IMG/VR virus record: IMGVR_UViG_3300035527_000323
Coordinates: 1 to 37,977 of that record
Source of the DNA: a virus
Reading direction: 5' to 3' (one strand)
DNA length: 37,977 bases
Below the pieces are notes generated by a model. It had not been told where the DNA came from and did not search any database. It was given only the letters and a program-made list of their open reading frames with translations. Below, piece by piece: positions 32,648-37,977 of this stretch. The translations under genes were made by a program, and so were the position numbers. How positions within the stretch are numbered: the stretch's first letter is position 1; each line of letters begins with the position of its first letter.

Positions 32648-33355
32648 TTAAGCTTTTCTCAGTTCCTGCAGGGCCTGGGTGGCCATTGCAGTCAAATAAA
32701 CGTTTGCATCTTTTGGGGTGACACCCAGAAAGGGCCGTTCCGGCACCTCGATGGTCCACCGCTGGGGGCCGTTGGTTTTTCCGGTGCGCATCAGCCGCAG
32801 GATCAGGCCGGCCTGACCCAGGGTCAGATTGTCCTGGATCCATTTCTTTGACACCCGCTTGAGCACGGCCTTGCCTTTGCCCCGCTTTCTGGCCACCCTG
32901 GCCCGGTAGCCCTCCTTGATCAATGAGGCTGCCTGCCGGGGCGTGGCCGGCTTTTTGTAATCCGGGGTGCCATACGCTTTTTTTGCCTTGACCGATCCAA
33001 ACGATTCCGGGACCCCATGTTGATGCCTGGATGCCACCATGGCATGGCCCGGGTTCTTCCAGGTCACCACGCCTTCCCGGTTGTCCGGCGTAAATTTTGT
33101 GACCAGGCCTTTACCCATCTTGCTGAGCAGTTTTCTTCTCACCCGCTTTTTGGCCCGGGGTGCCATCTTTTTGCCGGTCACGGTCTGCTGCTTTTTGATG
33201 TTCAGCCGGGCATCCTGGATCACGGACTTACCGATCTTGCGCATGAGCAGGCGGCGTCTTCTCGGATCCATGGTCAACACATCGATCTGATCCATCAGCC
33301 GCAGCGTGGATGCCGGATCCGTGTCAATGTCTATGCCGATATCAGGCAGTGCCAT
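32648..33355 (-). CDS. Virion morphogenesis / tail completion protein gpS-like
   Basis: The start is probably M44 of the track ORF (33355), overlapping the gpR-like stop. The C-terminal ...ERPFLGVTPKD is typical of the gpS / Mu G family. It has a basic central insert. Confidence 0.55.
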   Translation of the reverse strand: MALPDIGIDIDTDPASTLRLMDQIDVLTMDPRRRRLLMRKIGKSVIQDARLNIKKQQTVTGKKMAPRAKKRVRRKLLSKMGKGLVTKFTPDNREGVVTWKNPGHAMVASRHQHGVPESFGSVKAKKAYGTPDYKKPATPRQAASLIKEGYRARVARKRGKGKAVLKRVSKKWIQDNLTLGQAGLILRLMRTGKTNGPQRWTIEVPERPFLGVTPKDANVYLTAMATQALQELRKA

Positions 33356-33803
33356 CTTTTTTATCCAGTTTTTCCAGGACCTCCGCCACATCGATGCCGA
33401 TATCAGACACGCTCCAGCGTCGGCCGTCCCATAAAATATCTCCGGAAGTATCCGGTACCAGTCCCAGGGCTTCGTCAAATTCAATATTCAGTTGCACATA
33501 CACATATTGTTCATCATGGATGGTGACATCCACTTCCGGATCTGTCAGTCCCAGCAAATCCCGGTCCGGATCATTGACTGCCAGCCACACCATCACAGAA
33601 GACAACAGCAAAGAAGCCAGGACCGCCGGGCACTGCTCGATCCCGATCACGGCATCATACTTGAACCGGCCGATCTCGATGCCGTTGCCCAGGTCCTTGC
33701 CGGTGGGCACCAGTTTGCCCAGATCTGCAAACGCTTCCATGTTGTCTCTGGCAATGCCGGGCAGGGCAGCGATATGGGCGGAAAGGGCGGAAAGTTTCTG
33801 CAT
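33342..33803 (-). CDS. Tail completion protein gpR-like
   Basis: 153 aa. LLLSSVMVWLAVNDPD parallels P2 gpR LLIVPVLAWLRENQPD. It follows gpL. Confidence 0.55.
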   Translation of the reverse strand: MQKLSALSAHIAALPGIARDNMEAFADLGKLVPTGKDLGNGIEIGRFKYDAVIGIEQCPAVLASLLLSSVMVWLAVNDPDRDLLGLTDPEVDVTIHDEQYVYVQLNIEFDEALGLVPDTSGDILWDGRRWSVSDIGIDVAEVLEKLDKKDGTA

Positions 33804-34288
33804 TACAACGCCTCCGCATGGATGGTCAGATTCCCCTGGAGAGCGGCAATGGCATCGGCGGCAAACTCATACCACCGGTCAGCAGTCTCTTCGGATTCCA
33901 CCACCTCTCCTTTTGACCGGGTGGACGCATCGTTTTTCCGCATCACTGTGGCAAAATCTGCCAAAAGCAATGCCTTGGCCCGGCAGAACACGGCACGTTT
34001 ATACAGCACTTCCAGGGGATGGATATCCCCGATCTGCTCGTTTGCATCTACAACAATGTCTGTGAGGGCTGCGGTGCCGGCATCCACATGGGTTTTCCGA
34101 AAATAGGACAGGGCCGCATTGGCCCATGCCATGGACAGGATCAGGCGGTCTGTGACCATGGTTTCCCGGTACGCGGCCGGGATCCGGTAGGACTCTGCAA
34201 ATTCGTGCAGGTTCAGGTCCGGGAAAAAAGGCGCATTGGTGATCACTGTATCTGGATCGATCTGGTCTGAAAATCCGGTGAAACTCAC
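33803..34288 (-). CDS. Head completion/stabilisation protein gpL-like
   Basis: 161 aa. The APFFPDLNL and LYKRAVFCRA motifs parallel P2 gpL (FFFPDID, YYERAVCAMA). Confidence 0.75.
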   Translation of the reverse strand: MSFTGFSDQIDPDTVITNAPFFPDLNLHEFAESYRIPAAYRETMVTDRLILSMAWANAALSYFRKTHVDAGTAALTDIVVDANEQIGDIHPLEVLYKRAVFCRAKALLLADFATVMRKNDASTRSKGEVVESEETADRWYEFAADAIAALQGNLTIHAEAL

Positions 34289-34403
34289 GTCATCTCATCC
34301 TTGTGCCTGGGGTTATGGGTGGGCCCGCCTCCCGGCCGGAAACCGGATGGCGATCAATCGCAGCCGGATCCGGCGGGATCGGGTCGGCGGGCGGTGGAGC
34401 TGG

Positions 34404-35105
34404 TTACGCTTTGTCTGGGGCGGGCGCCTGGCTTTCCAGTTTCTTTTCCGCCGCAGACAAAGCAGTTTTGACTTTAGCGCCATATTCCATGGCAGTCTCA
34501 AGGGCTGCCACAGCCGCGGTGTGATCTTCTTTTTCCATGGCCATCAACCCCTTGACCCGGTAAAACCCGGCCCGGATAGGGTCGGGCAGGTCCCATTCCC
34601 TGGACATGTCCATCATGTCTGTCAGGTAGGGTTCCGGGGTCCGGCCGGCTTCCTGCTCAGCTTCGGCCCATTCCAGGACCGTGCCGGCCAGAAACGTGGG
34701 CAAATCCCGCTTGAACCTTTCGGGCATGGGCACGTCATGGTCCAGGCAGTACAGCGCCAGATCCATGGCACCGGGGATGTCCTTGATGTCAAACAGCCAG
34801 ACCAGTATCTGGCCCAGGAGCGGATGACTGGACCCGGCCGCTTTCAGGGTCTGGACCACCGGCATATACTTGGGCACCAGGTGGGCCTGCTTTTCCGCCT
34901 CTTTCTGTTTGATGCTCTTGATGGCCTTGAGCCCGGCCAGGTCGGCTGCCAGCTCGGCATCGATCTTGGCCAGGGCCTGCTGCCGTCCGATGCCGGAAGC
35001 GGGCAGGGATCTCACGGCCCGTCCGGTACCGGATTTTTTTTCAGGGCCGGATTTTTTATCAGCACCGCCGGCGTGGCGTTGCTGAAATTTCTTCATTAAA
35101 CTCAT
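34404..35105 (-). CDS. terS: Small terminase subunit gpM-like
   Basis: 233 aa. LKAIKSIKQKEAEKQAHLVPKYMPVV parallels P2 gpM LKAIYSKELKAAKKRELLPFWLPWV. Located between the capsid and gpL genes. Confidence 0.75.
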   Translation of the reverse strand: MSLMKKFQQRHAGGADKKSGPEKKSGTGRAVRSLPASGIGRQQALAKIDAELAADLAGLKAIKSIKQKEAEKQAHLVPKYMPVVQTLKAAGSSHPLLGQILVWLFDIKDIPGAMDLALYCLDHDVPMPERFKRDLPTFLAGTVLEWAEAEQEAGRTPEPYLTDMMDMSREWDLPDPIRAGFYRVKGLMAMEKEDHTAAVAALETAMEYGAKVKTALSAAEKKLESQAPAPDKA

Positions 35106-35143
35106 GTTGACTACCTCCTGTCACGGGTTGTCAGCCCTGTTGT

Positions 35144-36172
35144 TTATTCCCAGGTCTCGCCATCCGCAGCCAGCAGCTTGACATTGTCAAACTCGACGCC
35201 CACAAATTTTTCCGGGGTCTCGACCACATAACCTTCGTTTCTGGAGTTGTAGTCCTCTACCCGGTCTTTTTCCGGTTTGTCTTTGATGCGCCGGCGCCAT
35301 GATCCTGACTGCACATAAATGGACAGGTTATCCAGACTGGTGATGACCAGTCCGCGGGAAGGAAAGTTGTTGGGGGTTTCCCAGGGCAGGCCGCCGAAAA
35401 AGGTCAGGGATGCCGTGGCCAGTGTTTTTTCCGTGGGTTTGAGACCCAGGGCCTGGTACAGGGCGGATTTTTCCCGGCCCACCAGATCGGATCCGATCAA
35501 AGCGATCAGGCCGGTGCGCAGATACTGGGGAATGCCTTCCAACAGGTCAGACACGGCATGATCCAGGTTCACGTAATCGCCGCCCTCGCCGATGTGGATT
35601 TCATTGACTGTGCCGCCTTCGGTGAGAATGTTGGCCGCTTTGTTGTCCCGCATGTACTGCATCCAGCCTTCGTTGACATCCTGCATGAGCGGGTTGGCAA
35701 CAAGGTCGGTATCTGCTGCAGCAGACTCGCCATACCACCCGATGATCACCCGGTCGTTGGCAATGCGTTTCTGCACATACCTGGCATACCGGTCGGCCAG
35801 ATCCGGGAACTTGGCCCAGGCATCCATGGTGGCATACCGCATATACACATCAGAGTTGGTCTGATAGAGTTTGTATGTGAAAGTATCCAGGCCCAGCAGG
35901 TCCCTGGGGGTCCGTTCCTGGCCGTCCACCGTGGTGTCGGTCCGGCCGGAGGCGGGTCCGGATGCGCTGCCAAGAATGTTCTGGCCTTCCATCTCATCCA
36001 CCATGATCACATTGATGCGCTGAAGCAGATCTTCCTGCTCAACGATTTTGTCCTGGAGCCGCTGTTCCACTTCCGGGGTGGCGGAAAATGTCTGTCCGAC
36101 CGTGTTCACACCGTAGGTTTTTGCAATCCGGCCCGTCATCTGGTCAAAAAGTTTTCTGGTGATGGTTCTCAT
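35144..36172 (-). CDS. Major capsid protein gpN-like (P2 family)
   Basis: 342 aa. The N-terminus MRTITRKLF...FSATPEVEQRLQDKIVEQEDLLQRINVIMVDEMEGQNILG parallels P2 gpN. Confidence 0.85.
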   Translation of the reverse strand: MRTITRKLFDQMTGRIAKTYGVNTVGQTFSATPEVEQRLQDKIVEQEDLLQRINVIMVDEMEGQNILGSASGPASGRTDTTVDGQERTPRDLLGLDTFTYKLYQTNSDVYMRYATMDAWAKFPDLADRYARYVQKRIANDRVIIGWYGESAAADTDLVANPLMQDVNEGWMQYMRDNKAANILTEGGTVNEIHIGEGGDYVNLDHAVSDLLEGIPQYLRTGLIALIGSDLVGREKSALYQALGLKPTEKTLATASLTFFGGLPWETPNNFPSRGLVITSLDNLSIYVQSGSWRRRIKDKPEKDRVEDYNSRNEGYVVETPEKFVGVEFDNVKLLAADGETWE

Positions 36173-36239
36173 TGTTTGTTTCTCCTGTAAAAAAATTACC
36201 TGTTCAAAGGGCCAGGCCGGTTGCGGCGCCGGCTAAGGG

Positions 36240-37142
36240 TTATAAAAGTTCGTCCTGGTCACCGGCGGCGCCGGTTGTATCACCAAACTGTGTACCGGGG
36301 TTGGCCGCTTCCAGGCGGTCCACCAGGGTTTTGAACTGGGTGGTCAGGGTTTCCAGGGCTGATTTCAATTCAGTGAATTCTTTGCCGTCAGCCGCCGGGG
36401 CAGGGTCTGCTGCCGGGGCCGGGTCGCCGGCCGGGGCCGGATCACCTGCAGGTGCCGGGTCTGCTGCGGGCGGTGCCGTGGCAAAGGATTCAATCTTGCC
36501 GGCCAGCTCGGTCACGGCTGCCTGGGTGGCCTCAAGGGTCTGGGTCAATGTGTTGAACTGTTTTTCGTCCATGGGTGTTTGCTCCTCTGTTTTTTCCGGG
36601 GTATCCGGGTTGCCCGGCTCCTGGAGCCGGAAAAGCCACCGGGCCAGTTTGCGGCCGAAGTGATCCATTTGATTGTCATCATCCATGTCCCGGAGATCAG
36701 GTACCGGTTCCCCCGGGTACCGGGCTGTGAACTGCCGGCCCTCGATCTTTGCAAACCGCATCTCTTCTGTGCCCAAAGATGCCGGCATGTCAGTCATGCC
36801 CAGGCCGGTGAGATAGCACTTGCCCGTCTCGGCAAAATTTTCCGTGGGCTCGATGGAAAAATGCAGGTACTCCTCCCACACCTGGTTCATCTGCAACAGG
36901 GAACGGGAGGGGCTGATCCTTGCGAACAGCCGGACAATGTCTCCATCTTTTTCCGCTTTGAGCGCCCGGACAGATCCATAGGATGCATACCGCATGTGAT
37001 CCAGCCACAGTTTGGCCGTGTACACATCCGGGTCATAGGTTTCCGCCATATCCAGCAGCCACTGGGGTTCGATGTTTCTTCCGTCCACAGTGGGTCCGGA
37101 CTGGGCGATGCGTTTCCAATCGGTGACAAGTGATGCCGGCAT
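36240..37142 (-). CDS. Capsid scaffolding protein / protease gpO-like
   Basis: The ATG at 37142 has an AAGGAG RBS; the track ORF extends artificially to 37538. WKRIAQSGPTVDGRNIEPQWLLDMAETYDP...FAETGKCYLTGLGMTDMPASLGTE is colinear with P2 gpO. Confidence 0.85.
   Translation of the reverse strand: MPASLVTDWKRIAQSGPTVDGRNIEPQWLLDMAETYDPDVYTAKLWLDHMRYASYGSVRALKAEKDGDIVRLFARISPSRSLLQMNQVWEEYLHFSIEPTENFAETGKCYLTGLGMTDMPASLGTEEMRFAKIEGRQFTARYPGEPVPDLRDMDDDNQMDHFGRKLARWLFRLQEPGNPDTPEKTEEQTPMDEKQFNTLTQTLEATQAAVTELAGKIESFATAPPAADPAPAGDPAPAGDPAPAADPAPAADGKEFTELKSALETLTTQFKTLVDRLEAANPGTQFGDTTGAAGDQDELL
36387..36473 (-). repeat. Tandem 15-nt repeats encoding (DPAPA[G/A])n in the gpO-like C-terminal region
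   Basis: The protein reads PPAADPAPAGDPAPAGDPAPAADPAPAAD. The DNA reads gccggggc(c/a)gg(g/a)tc repeats. Confidence 0.8.
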
Positions 37143-37321
37143 GTGAGATCTCCTTTGCATGTACAAATGACTAAATATATTTTCACCATAAAAGACATTT
37201 TTTGACTTGTACATGAAAAATTTTCCGATTTTCGCGTTATCGGAAAGAAAATGCACAAAATGTATGGATATTATTGATATTATGGAAAAAACAATCTGAT
37301 TGTATATGCAAAGGACAGGGC
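37143..37321. promoter_or_regulatory. Divergent late promoter region between gpO and terL, with inverted copies CATGTACAA (37158-37166) and TTGTACATG (37207-37215)
   Basis: 179-bp AT-rich gap. Each repeat contains the TGTACA palindrome, and the copies are 49 bp apart. An Ogr-type activator is encoded in the genome. Confidence 0.5.
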
Positions 37322-37977
37322 TTGAAACAGTACCCGCAAGAAATTCAGGACGCATCCAAACGGCTTTACCTGCGCCGGCACAAACCCAAAGAAATCGCGG
37401 ATGTGCTGGGGGTTCCGCTGCGCACCATTTACGACTGGCGGACCAAGGGGGAATGGGACGATCTCTTATCTGATGAAACCATTGAAGAATCCTTTGCCCG
37501 GCGCCTGGCTGTGCTGGCGGAAAAAGATCCCAAAACAAAAATAGATATCGCGGAGATGGAAACCCTGACCGGTTCCCTGGTCAAACTGCGCAATGCCCGG
37601 GCCGCCTTGATCGACACCCAGGCCAGTTCCCAGGCCGGGAACAATGGCCAGTGGGATGCCGGGTCCGGCACCGGCGGCCCGGGGTCCGGCGGCAAGGCAA
37701 AGAAAAAAACAAAAGGGAAAAAAAGGAAAAACGACGTCTCCCGGATCACGGCGGATGATTTCAAGGAAAAACTGCACCACGCCTATTTTGAATATCAGCT
37801 GGCCCTGCGGGAAGCCCGGCGCCAGCGGGTGCGCATGCTGCTCAAATCCCGGCAGATCGGTGCCACCTGGTACATTGCCCAGGAAGCGTTTGAAGATGCC
37901 ACCCTGGAAGGGCGCAATAAAATATTTCTGTCCGCCACCCGGGCCCAGGCCGAAGTGTTCCGCCGGTATATTGTTTC
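37322..37977 (+). CDS. terL: Large terminase subunit, N-terminal part. It runs off the window end and continues at base 128 of the circular unit.
   Basis: The frame is open from the stop at 37214-37216 to the window end. TTG at 37322 is preceded by AGGACAGGG. HTH-like KEIADVLGVPLRTIYDWR and a Lys-rich linker follow, then RQIGATWY is shared with bases 1-127. The joined ORF is about 594 aa (P2 gpP is about 590 aa). Confidence 0.8.
   Translation, partial: MKQYPQEIQDASKRLYLRRHKPKEIADVLGVPLRTIYDWRTKGEWDDLLSDETIEESFARRLAVLAEKDPKTKIDIAEMETLTGSLVKLRNARAALIDTQASSQAGNNGQWDAGSGTGGPGSGGKAKKKTKGKKRKNDVSRITADDFKEKLHHAYFEYQLALREARRQRVRMLLKSRQIGATWYIAQEAFEDATLEGRNKIFLSATRAQAEVFRRYIV
37851..37977. repeat. 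Second copy of the terminal direct repeat (identical to 1-127)
   Basis: See the first feature. Confidence 0.95.

Noticed and set aside
37143-37538. N-terminal 132-aa extension of track ORF 36240..37538 (gpO)
   Set aside because: The extension runs through the AT-rich divergent promoter and into the terL start region. Homology to gpO begins at the ATG at 37142, which has an AAGGAG RBS.
1-37977. CRISPR arrays, rRNA genes, transposase or IS elements
   Set aside because: No regularly spaced direct repeats with unique spacers, no rRNA-like sequence, and no transposase-like ORF or terminal-inverted-repeat-bounded coding element were seen. The only mobile functions are the integrase/attP and the DGR.

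Overview
The window is a complete, circularly closed contig. Bases 1-127 are repeated verbatim at 37851-37977, giving a unit length of 37,850 bp. It is a temperate P2/HP1-family contractile-tailed phage, or an excised prophage. All family names below come from reading the translated ORFs; no searches were run.

Modules recognised:
- A P2-type divergent head/packaging cluster: large terminase and portal on the + strand; scaffold gpO, capsid gpN, small terminase gpM and head completion gpL on the - strand.
- An Ogr/Delta zinc-finger late activator.
- A tyrosine integrase next to an AT-rich attP region. The attP core copies the 3-prime end of a tRNA-Sec-like gene.
- A long minus-strand early operon: Ner-like Cro, helicase paralog, CII-like protein, Toprim primase-helicase, small ORFs, methyltransferase and ASCH.
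- An XRE CI-like repressor followed by low-GC morons.
- A minus-strand tail module: gpR/gpS, sheath, tube, chaperone with a -1 frameshift, tape measure, baseplate proteins, fibre genes, hub and spike.

The standout is a complete diversity-generating retroelement (DGR): target gene with C-terminal VR, GC hairpin, Avd, TR and RT. Together with a lysis cassette it sits between the tail tube and tail chaperone genes. All 16 TR/VR mismatches fall on TR adenines. The RT reading frame is split by a 1-nt shift inside an A9/T9 homopolymer.

Other points worth follow-up:
- Domain-dissected paralogs of the replication protein.
- An iteron-rich AT-rich field bounded by a 15-bp inverted repeat.
- A 470-bp convergent intergenic region packed with TTGCAA palindromes.
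- A CI-linked membrane/zinc-ribbon moron pair.

No rRNA, complete tRNA or CRISPR array was seen.
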